Of a stretch of DNA of 34,626 nt, positions 17,480-24,970 are shown one piece after another. A program made the translations under genes and the position numbers. Location: positions 1-34,626 of IMG/VR virus record IMGVR_UViG_3300016665_000058; one strand, given 5' to 3'. Within the stretch, counting starts at the first letter, position 1. Each line of letters opens with the position of its first letter. Source of the stretch: a virus. The notes beneath the pieces were generated by a model that saw only the letters and a program-made list of their open reading frames with translations, had not been told where the DNA came from and ran no database searches.

Positions 17480-17750
17480 CTTGATCCTCTTCCAGGCGGT
17501 CGGCCACCAGGGTGGCGTAGCCTGCAATGTCCACCCAGTTGTCGATGTAGTTCGGGTCGCCATTCAGGATTCTTGCCACCTTGTGCATGATCATTTCCAG
17601 TGCCTCGCGCTGGTCAGACTGAAGGTCGCAGGCTCGAACAGCCTCGAAGTGTTGGATGACGCCCTTCAGACGCTGCGCGATCTCGGCATGGCCATCGAAG
17701 GTGCCATACCTGCCGCCACGCTCGGCCAGGGTTGCTTTGATGTCGGTCAT
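17472..17750 (-). CDS. Conserved phage protein, 92 aa (DUF6378-like)
   Basis: ERGGRYGTF, HKVARILNGDP and DIAGYATL match a common phage family I recognise. Its function is unknown. Confidence 0.5.
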   Translation of the reverse strand: MTDIKATLAERGGRYGTFDGHAEIAQRLKGVIQHFEAVRACDLQSDQREALEMIMHKVARILNGDPNYIDNWVDIAGYATLVADRLEEDQDD

Positions 17751-18028
17751 TTCAGTCTCTCCAGTGTTTCGGCCAGCAGATCGGCCTCGGTGAATCCGTA
17801 GTGCTTGGCAAAGCCCTTGGTGCCAAGGCCATGCACGCCAGTGTTGCCACGGTGGTGCTCAGGGCACAGTGGGATGACGTCCATGTGCTTGGCACGCTGT
17901 CCCATTCCGGTGCCGTGGCGCGGGTGGTGCAACTCGGCAGGCGTTGCGCCGTAGCCCAGGCGGTGGCAGACGGCACAGCCAAGTTCTGCGACCCTGCTCA
18001 TGTGCTTGCGCTCTGCGATTGTTGTCAT
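17747..18028 (-). CDS. ref: Ref-like (recombination enhancement function) HNH-family nuclease, 93 aa
   Basis: The pattern VAELGCAVCHRLG...AELHHPR...IPLCPEHHRG is a Cys/His pattern typical of P1 Ref-type proteins found in nin regions. Confidence 0.6.
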   Translation of the reverse strand: MTTIAERKHMSRVAELGCAVCHRLGYGATPAELHHPRHGTGMGQRAKHMDVIPLCPEHHRGNTGVHGLGTKGFAKHYGFTEADLLAETLERLK

Positions 18029-18726
18029 TTCGTCATCACCTGGTAGTCGTGGAAAACATAGCCTTTGCTGGCATCGCCAACCTTGTGAGCCTTCACCCAG
18101 ACATTCTTGCCGCTTTTCAGCCTGCGAATGTGGCCGCGACGGTCGTGCAGCCTCGGTGAAGCGTGCGTTCCACCTTGGCTTTCGGTGCGCTGTTTGGAAG
18201 GCTGGATGATGACCGTGTGCCAGTCATAGGTTGGCAGCTTGCCTTCAGCGATCTTGCGCCGGTTGGTGAATGTCTGCTTGACCTCTGGCCGGTAGCTCTC
18301 GCAGCCGGTGTCCATGCTTTCCAGCCACTTGGACATGGTGGCCAGCATGATTTCAGCCACGTCTCTCGGCAGGTCGTCGCCTTCGTCCACCGGGCCGTAC
18401 TTGATCTGTCCGTCCTCAATCAGGTAGAACATAGGCGGGAAGGTGGTGTACTTTCCAGGCTGTCCCTTGCTCAGGTCGAGCACGATGCCCTCTTCTGGGT
18501 CGCCACCAGACGCCAGCATCATCATTTCGTAGCGTTCGTGGTTTCCAGACTTTCCAGACCAAAGCACCAAGTTTTTCTCGAACGGTGGACGGTGAGTGGC
18601 CAGGTTATCGATCTTGATGCCTGTGGACAAGTCCGCGCTGGAAATGTCAAACCACTGCATTTCGGTCGGGTCGAAGCCTGCCGAGATGACCGACTTCATG
18701 ATTGAGCGCACAAATGCTGTCGTCAT
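18025..18726 (-). CDS. Hypothetical nin-region protein, 233 aa
   Basis: The ATG at 18726 has an ATGA overlap with ninB. The C-terminal motif is GGTHASPRLHDRRGHIRRLKSGKNVWVKAHKVG. The upstream 32 codons in the ORF track overlap ninB and were rejected. Confidence 0.6.
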   Translation of the reverse strand: MTTAFVRSIMKSVISAGFDPTEMQWFDISSADLSTGIKIDNLATHRPPFEKNLVLWSGKSGNHERYEMMMLASGGDPEEGIVLDLSKGQPGKYTTFPPMFYLIEDGQIKYGPVDEGDDLPRDVAEIMLATMSKWLESMDTGCESYRPEVKQTFTNRRKIAEGKLPTYDWHTVIIQPSKQRTESQGGTHASPRLHDRRGHIRRLKSGKNVWVKAHKVGDASKGYVFHDYQVMTK

Positions 18727-19160
18727 GTAATCTCTCCAGTGTCTGGGTCGATGAATTCTGGCGCGGTGAACTTCACGCCTTGCTGCACACCGAAGGCCTC
18801 GATCAGGTCTTGCAGCTCGCACATTTCTGGCTTGGTCATGTTGCTGGTGGACTTTCCAAGAGCCACAAAGCCGCCGTCGATGCCTGGCACGACGTCCTGC
18901 TTGGTCAAGGCAGCGGTAAGCACGTCCTTCCAGTTTTCAGGGGTCAGCTTCCTGCCGTACCAGTTCACCTGCTTGCTGACGTCGGTCAGCATGGCCCAGA
19001 GCCTGCGGTTTTGTTCCAGGCTGCGCGTTTCCCTCCTGACCTCGACGACCATCCGGTGGCCAGCCATCAGGGATGCCTTGATCAGCGGCCAGATCTGCTG
19101 CGTCAGGACTTTGTGGGCCTGGACTGGCTCGAACAGCGTGATCTTGATGCGGTCGGTCAT
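18723..19160 (-). CDS. ninB: NinB/Orf-family recombination protein, 145 aa
   Basis: RRETRSLEQNRRLWAMLTDVSKQVNWYGRKLTPENWKDVLTAAL is the characteristic NinB block. Confidence 0.85.
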   Translation of the reverse strand: MTDRIKITLFEPVQAHKVLTQQIWPLIKASLMAGHRMVVEVRRETRSLEQNRRLWAMLTDVSKQVNWYGRKLTPENWKDVLTAALTKQDVVPGIDGGFVALGKSTSNMTKPEMCELQDLIEAFGVQQGVKFTAPEFIDPDTGEIT

Positions 19161-19372
19161 GCCTGCCCCCTTGCGCGGATGGCTTCACCGACTGCGCGGC
19201 CCAATGGACTGCGGCCTTTGGTCAAAAAATCCTCGGCGTGTTTCGCACACGCCTCCCGCTCGGCAGCAGCGACAAGGGCGGCGAACATATTGATTTCGTA
19301 GGCCCACGGAACGAGAACTTCATCCTCTAAACCCGCCTCTCGCGCCATGCGAATGATGTCTTCTCTGTTCAT
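19157..19372 (-). CDS. Small conserved phage protein, 71 aa (paralogue of 27475..27774)
   Basis: The sequence is MNREDIIRMAREAGL...FAALVAAAEREACAKHAE...AIRARG. The ATG at 19372 lies 1 nt after the upstream stop. Confidence 0.6.
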   Translation of the reverse strand: MNREDIIRMAREAGLEDEVLVPWAYEINMFAALVAAAEREACAKHAEDFLTKGRSPLGRAVGEAIRARGQA

Positions 19373-19373
19373 A

Positions 19374-19628
19374 TCAAGCACTCCCGGACTGCGATCCAGC
19401 ACTCGTCGATGCTGAGGGGTGTTTCGTCAATGCCTGGCGCACGGACTCCAAGATGCGCTCCCGGCCAGGGTTCTGTGGGAATCGGTCGATGGCCGCCAGC
19501 ATCCCGGCTGCTGCCGCCTTGTTCGGCCTGGCGCTCAGTACCAGCCGAGTGCAGCACTCCAGGCAGCTGAAGTGGTATTGGCCACTCAGTGGGTTTTTGC
19601 CATACGCTTCGCAGCTCTTGCATGTCAT
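19374..19628 (-). CDS. Hypothetical Cys-rich protein, 84 aa
   Basis: The sequence begins MTCKSCEAYGKNPLSGQYHFSCLECC. It has an ATGA overlap with the P-like gene. Confidence 0.55.
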   Translation of the reverse strand: MTCKSCEAYGKNPLSGQYHFSCLECCTRLVLSARPNKAAAAGMLAAIDRFPQNPGRERILESVRQALTKHPSASTSAGSQSGSA

Positions 19629-20158
19629 TCTCCCTCCTGCAGGCGCAGCGCCTTTTTGGCCATGTCGATGCTGCCAGCGCTGATTCGCGCACCAGCTGCC
19701 TGCCTGGCCAGAATCTTTCTCGCCCAGTCTCGACCGTCACCCATGGCCACAAAATCCACCGGGCCGATGGGCTTTTCCTCTGGCGGTGGCAACCTGCGCG
19801 GCTGGTCATCGCTGAAGGTCTTGCGCGGCATCACGGCTTTGCAGATCGCCTCAAACTGCGGCAGGTTTGGAGGAAACTCTGGGCACACTTCGGCCAGGCG
19901 TCTGGCAGCGGTCTCGATGGTGTCCGGTGAATACTTGGCCAAGGCTGATTCCCAGACCAGCATGGCAGCGCGAATTCCCTTGTCCTTGCCGTTGGCGTCG
20001 CGCTCGCCTGTGGAAAACTTGGTGGTGAAAAGGCTGCCGTAAGACCCGTGCAAGACCAGAAACAGCTTTCGGATAGTCGGGTTGTCGCCACGTGGTGCGG
20101 GTTGTTGGCCAGCATTCTGGATGGCCTGGCTTGCCATTTCTGCGAGGTTATTCATCAT
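19625..20158 (-). CDS. Replication protein, lambda P-like helicase loader, 177 aa
   Basis: It lies directly after the initiator gene. The LFLVLHGSYGSLFTTKF...WESALAKYSPDTIETAARRLAEVCPEFPPNLPQFEAICK block resembles the lambda P N-terminal region (PSPGQFVAWC). Confidence 0.55.
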   Translation of the reverse strand: MMNNLAEMASQAIQNAGQQPAPRGDNPTIRKLFLVLHGSYGSLFTTKFSTGERDANGKDKGIRAAMLVWESALAKYSPDTIETAARRLAEVCPEFPPNLPQFEAICKAVMPRKTFSDDQPRRLPPPEEKPIGPVDFVAMGDGRDWARKILARQAAGARISAGSIDMAKKALRLQEGE

Positions 20159-20837
20159 CGAACACCCCATCAAAGATTGCGCGGGAGGCGGCAGCGTGCT
20201 TGTGCTCGTTGCGGCCAGCCGTCCGGGCCTGGTTCTGTCGCCTCACCCAGTTGCGCCAGGTTGCATCCCAGTCGGTCTTGACACCCTTCTGGCCAGGCTG
20301 GGCAATCCAGTAATCCTTGAACTCGTCGAACACCTGCCGTGGCACAAGGTCGGGGCGTTCCTGTTTGCAGAAGGCATGCCACTCAACCGGGAGGATGCAG
20401 TCTGCTGGCAAGCGCGTGCCGCGCTGCTTTCTGTTTACTGGTTCTTGGTTTATGGTTAGTGGTTCTTGGTTAGGTGGCGCTTCGTTTACGACTGGTGCAC
20501 GGTTCGTGCTTTTCTCTCTACGCTTCGTTTCACGATCAATGGCGATCTGTTTGTTTTTGTCGGCCTTGGCGTGGTAGTCCAGCAGCTCTGCAAGGATGCG
20601 CTCCTGCACGTATTGGCCATCCTCATCCAGCTTGAAAAACCGGCTGAGCACAAACTTCACCGCCTCGACCTCGGCCTCTGTGCTGGCCCAAGTCCACTCG
20701 ATGGCTTCTTCAAGCGTTGGGAACTTCTCACGGTCGTAGCACGAATCGATCAGAAGCGTGTACGCACCGTGCTGCAACATGGACAGCCGTCCGCATTTTT
20801 TGGCGTAATCGCCTAGGTTTCTTTTGTAATAGTGCAT
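20148..20837 (-). CDS. Replication initiation protein with DUF1376 (YdaU-like) N-domain and DnaT-like C-domain, 229 aa
   Basis: MHYYKRNLGDYAKKCGRLSMLQHGAYTLLID is the DUF1376 signature. The C-terminal region reads FDEFKDYWIAQPGQKGVKTDWDATWRNWVRR. GAGGAAG lies upstream of the ATG at 20837. Confidence 0.7.
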   Translation of the reverse strand: MHYYKRNLGDYAKKCGRLSMLQHGAYTLLIDSCYDREKFPTLEEAIEWTWASTEAEVEAVKFVLSRFFKLDEDGQYVQERILAELLDYHAKADKNKQIAIDRETKRREKSTNRAPVVNEAPPNQEPLTINQEPVNRKQRGTRLPADCILPVEWHAFCKQERPDLVPRQVFDEFKDYWIAQPGQKGVKTDWDATWRNWVRRQNQARTAGRNEHKHAAASRAIFDGVFDDE

Positions 20838-20897
20838 TGCACTTCCTCGCAAACCCTCCAGAAAGAAGACTGACGGCAGGCGGGAGGTTCGCTTTTC

Positions 20898-20919
20898 GGG
20901 TGGGTAGCTACTCCCACCC
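20898..20919 (-). promoter_or_regulatory. Stem-loop in the cro-to-replication intergenic region (nutR/tR1-equivalent position)
   Basis: GGGTGGG-tagctact-CCCACCC forms a 7-bp stem with an 8-nt loop. There is no U-tract on either strand. Confidence 0.35.
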
Positions 20920-20944
20920 TAGCCGGGTCTCGCATCACTTTACC

Positions 20945-21157
20945 TCAGACCAACAGGCCATTCAAGGATTTTCGGAAGGCCGCGCCGAACTTCTTTTCCA
21001 GCACTGGCCGCCATTTGTGGGCCACGCCATTACGAGCCCAGGCTTGGACAGCCGGGCCGTTTGGCACACCCAAGGCTTTGGCCAGCTTGGTGTAGCTGCC
21101 AGCCTGCTTGTGCGCGAAAGCATAGACCTGTTGGTAATACTGATCGTCTTTGTTCAT
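20945..21157 (-). CDS. Cro/YdaS-like HTH regulator, 70 aa, first gene of the leftward unit
   Basis: The HTH is YTKLAKALGVPNGPAVQAWARNGVAHKWRPVLEKKFG. It abuts the divergent control region, and no Shine-Dalgarno sequence precedes the ATG. Confidence 0.65.
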   Translation of the reverse strand: MNKDDQYYQQVYAFAHKQAGSYTKLAKALGVPNGPAVQAWARNGVAHKWRPVLEKKFGAAFRKSLNGLLV

Positions 21158-21279
21158 GGTGCTGGACTATAACAGAAAATCACAGCGCCTGTAAAAATAT
21201 TTTTTCGACGGACTATAAAATTTTGTTTTTATGGTGTATGATTCGTTTCACCAACAACCACCCACGAAAGGTAAACACG
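21158..21279. promoter_or_regulatory. AT-rich divergent early control region with two direct GGACTATAA repeats
   Basis: This is the only intergenic region between the two divergent units. The repeats lie at 21164-21172 and 21210-21218 (46 bp apart). Each overlaps a -10-like hexamer: TATAGT on the minus strand and TATAAA on the plus strand. Confidence 0.6.
21166..21195 (-). promoter_or_regulatory. Leftward promoter candidate TTTACA-18-TATAGT, 8 nt upstream of the cro-like ATG
   Basis: The minus strand reads TTTACAggcgctgtgattttctgtTATAGTccagcaccATG. This implies a leaderless or nearly leaderless mRNA. Confidence 0.45.
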
Positions 21280-21864
21280 ATGGAAATCAAGCAGATCGCA
21301 GCAGCACTGGTCAAGGCCCAGAAAGCCTTTGGCCCAGCACTCAAGTCCTCCAGCAACCCGCACTTCAAAAGCCGCTATGCCGACCTGGCAGCATGCGTCG
21401 AAGCGGTGATGGATTCCCTCAACGACAACGGCATCGCCCTGGTTCAGCAAACCCACGAATGCGAAGCTGGCGTGATGGTCGAGACGGTCTTTGTCCACGA
21501 ATCCGGGGAAATCTTCTCGGCTGGCAAGCTGCACGTCCCAGCGGTCAAGCACGACGCCCAGGGTTACGGCAGCGCACTGACATACGCACGTCGCTACAGC
21601 CTGATGGCAGCCTGTGGTATTGCTCCAGAGGACGATGACGGCAACGCCGCCAGCAAGCGCACACCAGCGCCTGTGGCCGGTTACGGTGAGTTTGAGGCAG
21701 CCACCCTGCCAGCCATGCGTGAGGCCGCCCTGCAAGGCAGCGAAGCCCTGGCTGCAGCGTTCCAGGCTTTGCCCAAGTCGGCACACAAGGCAGCGTTCTG
21801 GCAAGCCCAAGGGCCAGCCCTCAAGAAGGCAGCCAAGACCGCAGACGAGCAGGAGGCAGCATGA
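21280..21864 (+). CDS. erf: ERF-family single-strand annealing protein, 194 aa
   Basis: The blocks NPHFKSRYADLAACVEAV, VFVHESGE and GYGSALTYARRYSLMAACGIAPEDDDGN are typical ERF blocks. The ATG at 21280 follows GAAAGG. Confidence 0.85.
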   Translation: MEIKQIAAALVKAQKAFGPALKSSSNPHFKSRYADLAACVEAVMDSLNDNGIALVQQTHECEAGVMVETVFVHESGEIFSAGKLHVPAVKHDAQGYGSALTYARRYSLMAACGIAPEDDDGNAASKRTPAPVAGYGEFEAATLPAMREAALQGSEALAAAFQALPKSAHKAAFWQAQGPALKKAAKTADEQEAA

Positions 21865-22481
21865 TCGAGCAAGGCACACCTGAGTGGTTCGCCCAGCGTC
21901 TTGGAAAGGTCACGGCCAGCCGAATCTCGGACATCATCGCCAAGACCAAGACCGGGGTTTCTGCCAGCCGAGCCAACTACCTGGCCCAACTGGTGGCTGA
22001 GCGCTTGACTGGCCAAGCCGCTGAGACATTCAAAAGCGGAGCCATGCAGCACGGCACAGAGACAGAGCCGCAGGCACGGATGGCTTACGAGGCCGAGACG
22101 GGCCTGATGGTCACCGAGGTGGCCATGATCCAGCACGGCACCATTGAGATGGCCGGGGCATCGCCTGATGGCCTGGTCGGTGAGGATGGCCTGGTCGAGA
22201 TCAAGTGTCCCAACACCAGCACGCACATTGCCACGCTGATGGCCGACAAAGCGCCGAGCCAGTACATCCCACAGATGCAGTGGCAGATGGCCTGCACAGG
22301 CCGCGCCTGGTGCGACTTCGTGAGCTTCGACCCACGGATGCCAGAGGACATGCAGCTGTTCATCAAGCGGGTGCAACGCGACAACGCTTTGATCGCTGAG
22401 TACGAGGCCGAGGTGGTCAAATTCTTGGCCGAGGTGCAGGAGACGGTGGACAAGCTGATCCAGATTCGGAGGGGCGTATGA
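21861..22481 (+). CDS. YqaJ-like (lambda Exo-type PD-(D/E)XK) exonuclease, 206 aa
   Basis: The sequence shows GTPEWFAQRLGKVTASRISDI and GASPDGLVGEDGLVEIKCP. It has an ATGA overlap with erf. Confidence 0.85.
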   Translation: MIEQGTPEWFAQRLGKVTASRISDIIAKTKTGVSASRANYLAQLVAERLTGQAAETFKSGAMQHGTETEPQARMAYEAETGLMVTEVAMIQHGTIEMAGASPDGLVGEDGLVEIKCPNTSTHIATLMADKAPSQYIPQMQWQMACTGRAWCDFVSFDPRMPEDMQLFIKRVQRDNALIAEYEAEVVKFLAEVQETVDKLIQIRRGV

Positions 22482-22735
22482 GCAAGCACACACCGGGGCC
22501 GTGGAAGGTTGCCAAACCTCGCAAGAGTTACAGAGACGGGAACATGATGTACGGCATCGTTGGCCCGGAATGTGTCAGCGACTACGAAGACTGGGGTTTC
22601 ACAGAAGCAAACGCCCGCCTGATCGCCGCCGCGCCTGATCTGCTGGATGCGTGCAAGGCCGCTCTGAGCGATGACCAGCCGTATATAGAGAAATGCCGCG
22701 CCGCCATTGCCAAAGCAACTGGAGAGCAAGCATGA
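22478..22735 (+). CDS. Hypothetical conserved phage protein, 85 aa
   Basis: HTPGPWKV...EANARLIAAAPDLLDACKAAL is a common phage motif. It is translationally coupled. Confidence 0.6.
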   Translation: MSKHTPGPWKVAKPRKSYRDGNMMYGIVGPECVSDYEDWGFTEANARLIAAAPDLLDACKAALSDDQPYIEKCRAAIAKATGEQA

Positions 22736-23019
22736 AAGGCCGCGACCTTCGAGACGCAGGAATCGCTCGCGTGTCCATTGGCCGCGAGGACTGGATCGCC
22801 AAGGCACGCAGCCTGGCCGTCAGCATCGCAAAAAGATCTGGCCAGGTGACCATCAACGACGTTCGGCAGTTCATCGATCTGCCTGATGACTTCCACCCCA
22901 ACACCTGGGGCGCGGTTCTGAGGGGTGACGCCTTCGAGCCAGTCGGTTTCTGTCAAGCCACCCACCCATCGGCCCACGCCAGGGTCATCCGCATCTACAA
23001 ACTGAAAGGGCAATCATGA
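22732..23019 (+). CDS. Hypothetical protein, 95 aa
   Basis: The ATG at 22732 has an ATGA overlap with the upstream stop, and there is an ATGA overlap with ssb downstream. Confidence 0.55.
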   Translation: MKGRDLRDAGIARVSIGREDWIAKARSLAVSIAKRSGQVTINDVRQFIDLPDDFHPNTWGAVLRGDAFEPVGFCQATHPSAHARVIRIYKLKGQS

Positions 23020-23438
23020 AAGCACAAGGACTGGCACGCATCGGCAAGGACGCCGAGGTGCGATACACACCAGGAGGCACACCAGTGGCCAACGTCTCGC
23101 TGGCGTTTACGTTCGGAAAGAAAGGCGACGACGGCAAGCGCCCGACGCAGTGGGTTGACGCCTCCCTCTGGGGCCAGCGTGCCGACGGCATGGCACCTTA
23201 CCTGCTCAAAGGCAAGCAGATCGTGGCGTACCTGGAGGACGTGCACCTGCAGACCTACACCAAAGGCGACGGCACCACGAACACCAAGATGGTGGCACGC
23301 CTGGCCGATCTGGAATTTGTGTCGGATAGCTCAGACCACAAACCAGCACAAAAGCCGCAAAATGAAGCACAATCGCGTCCGGCTCCAGCGCCGCAAGGTT
23401 CTGGGTTCGACGACATGGACGATGACATTCCCTTCTGA
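23016..23438 (+). CDS. ssb: Single-stranded DNA-binding protein, 140 aa
   Basis: It has an OB-fold N-terminus (ARIGKDAEVRYTPGGTPVANVSLAF...WVDASLWGQRA), a Pro/Gln-rich linker and the acidic tip DDMDDDIPF. Confidence 0.9.
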   Translation: MKAQGLARIGKDAEVRYTPGGTPVANVSLAFTFGKKGDDGKRPTQWVDASLWGQRADGMAPYLLKGKQIVAYLEDVHLQTYTKGDGTTNTKMVARLADLEFVSDSSDHKPAQKPQNEAQSRPAPAPQGSGFDDMDDDIPF

Positions 23439-23449
23439 TGGAGAAAACA

Positions 23450-23677
23450 ATGAGCACACGCATCTACCTGGTCACCGATGTGGATACCAACAAACACCGC
23501 CTGATTCGTGCAGGCAACCAGGCGCAGGCCATCCGGCACGCCGCACAGACCCGGTTCGACATTGAGGTGGCTGGCCAAGACGATCTGGTGAGCCTGCTTA
23601 CCAGTGGCATCCCTGTCGAGATGGCTGGCGCTGGTGCCACAGTGGACATGTTTGAAGAAGCACAGGAGGCAGCATGA
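23450..23677 (+). CDS. Hypothetical protein, 75 aa
   Basis: The ATG at 23450 (MSTRIYLVTD) is preceded by GGAGAAAACA. Confidence 0.55.
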   Translation: MSTRIYLVTDVDTNKHRLIRAGNQAQAIRHAAQTRFDIEVAGQDDLVSLLTSGIPVEMAGAGATVDMFEEAQEAA

Positions 23678-24162
23678 AACGCTACATCGGAACAAAACTG
23701 ATCAACGCCAAGCCGATGACACGGCAGGCTTACAACAACTTCAGAGGCTGGACTTTGCCAGCCGAAGAGAACGGTGCCGACGAGGGTTACTTGGTCGAAT
23801 ACGTGGATGGCGGCAAAGGCAACACCGACCATTACGCTGGTTACGTGAGCTGGTCGCCTGCCGACGTTTTCGACCGTGCTTACCGTCCGTGCGAAGGCAT
23901 GACTTTTGGCCAGGCAATCGAATCGCTGAAGTCTGGCCAGAAGGTCGCACGCAAAGGCTGGAACGGCAAAGGCATGTTCGTGTACTACGTGCCAGCCAAT
24001 GCTTATCCGGCACAGACTGGCGTGGCCAAGAGTCACTTCGGCTCTGATGCGCTCGTTCCATACAACGCATACATGGCCATCAAGAACGTAAACAACACGG
24101 TGAGCACTTGGGTGCCAAGTGTCAACGACTGCTTATCAGAAGACTGGGAGATCGTGGAATGA
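23674..24162 (+). CDS. Two-domain protein with C-terminal DUF2829 (Tad2-type) domain, 162 aa
   Basis: The C-terminal MTFGQAIESLKSGQKVARKGWNGKGMFVYYVPA...WVPSVNDCLSEDWEIVE is the DUF2829 signature. The N-terminal YIGTKLINAKPMTRQAYNNFRGW...EGYLVEYVDGG...YVSWSPADVFDRAY is a separate conserved phage module. Confidence 0.7.
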   Translation: MKRYIGTKLINAKPMTRQAYNNFRGWTLPAEENGADEGYLVEYVDGGKGNTDHYAGYVSWSPADVFDRAYRPCEGMTFGQAIESLKSGQKVARKGWNGKGMFVYYVPANAYPAQTGVAKSHFGSDALVPYNAYMAIKNVNNTVSTWVPSVNDCLSEDWEIVE

Positions 24163-24311
24163 CAACTGGAAACAAACGCCAATACGTGACCGTCCGCCTG
24201 CCGGATGACATCATGGCCAAGCTCAAGGCTGAGGCCGAGCGCAACACCCGCAGCCTGTCTGCCCAGGTGCTGCACTTCCTGAAACAAGGCCTTGAGAAGG
24301 TGAAAGCATGA
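24159..24311 (+). CDS. Arc/MetJ-type ribbon-helix-helix DNA-binding protein, 50 aa
   Basis: The sequence is QYVTVRLPDDIMAKLKAEAERNTRSLSAQVLHFLKQGL. It has ATGA overlaps on both sides. Confidence 0.65.
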   Translation: MTTGNKRQYVTVRLPDDIMAKLKAEAERNTRSLSAQVLHFLKQGLEKVKA

Positions 24312-24436
24312 AGCGAGGCTGGCAGTTTGACGTGGAGTGGTTCACGCACCGCTGGCCGCTGTTTGTGTGCGGCATTCACCAAGGCCAGTTCTGCCTGTGC
24401 CTTTGGGTGGTCGATGTGACCATCTGGAGATACTGA
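24308..24436 (+). CDS. Small hydrophobic protein, 42 aa (unlisted)
   Basis: The sequence is MKRGWQFDVEWFTHRWPLFVCGIHQGQFCLCLWVVDVTIWRY. ATGA and TGATG coupling support it. The alternative is the 83-aa GTG ORF 24337..24588. Confidence 0.4.
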   Translation: MKRGWQFDVEWFTHRWPLFVCGIHQGQFCLCLWVVDVTIWRY

Positions 24437-24588
24437 TGGACAAGCGCTATGTCCTGATGGCCGTCCTGCGGCCTTCAGCCATCCACCTGGCCGCGTGCCG
24501 GGCACTTTCCTGCGGTTCACGGCCAGCGATGGCTGTGTTCCTTGACCGAGTTGAAAAGACATTCAGCATTCTGGAGTACAAGCCATGA
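24436..24588 (+). CDS. Small protein, 50 aa
   Basis: The sequence begins MDKRYVLMAVLRPSAIHLAACRAL. Its start overlaps the preceding stop (TGATG) and it has an ATGA overlap downstream. Confidence 0.4.
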   Translation: MDKRYVLMAVLRPSAIHLAACRALSCGSRPAMAVFLDRVEKTFSILEYKP

Positions 24589-24968
24589 CCGACCAATATG
24601 CAAGCAAATCCGATACTTTGGCCCTGATTCGCCGTGACCAACGCAGCGACGTTGAGAAGAAACTGGACGCCATGCTTGATGAGCGTGGGGCTTTGGAGAT
24701 GGGCGCGGAGCCGTTCCTTATCCTGCGCCAGATTACGCTGGAGCAGATGACAACAATTGAATCCATCAAGCAAGCCATCAATGACCCAGAAAATCAGCCG
24801 TCGCAGTTTGGCACGGTAACGATGGAATACATGCAGCGGGAGATCGGAACAGTGCGCGACGAACTGCTGCAAGTTCTCAAGGAGCTGGCCAGCTTTGTCG
24901 ATGCCGACATTGTGGACGCCGACATTGGCCACAAGGTGCGTGCAGCCATTGCAAAAGCGGAAGCCTGA
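24585..24968 (+). CDS. Hypothetical protein, 127 aa
   Basis: It is an acidic helical ORF in the early-right unit and is coupled to its neighbours. Confidence 0.6.
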   Translation: MTDQYASKSDTLALIRRDQRSDVEKKLDAMLDERGALEMGAEPFLILRQITLEQMTTIESIKQAINDPENQPSQFGTVTMEYMQREIGTVRDELLQVLKELASFVDADIVDADIGHKVRAAIAKAEA

Positions 24969-24970
24969 CC

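Noticed and set aside
21681-22493. 270-aa and 216-aa minus-strand ORFs opposite erf and exo
   Set aside because: They are antisense to genes with strong ERF and YqaJ motifs. They would have to be transcribed against the rightward early operon, and I recognised no motifs in them.
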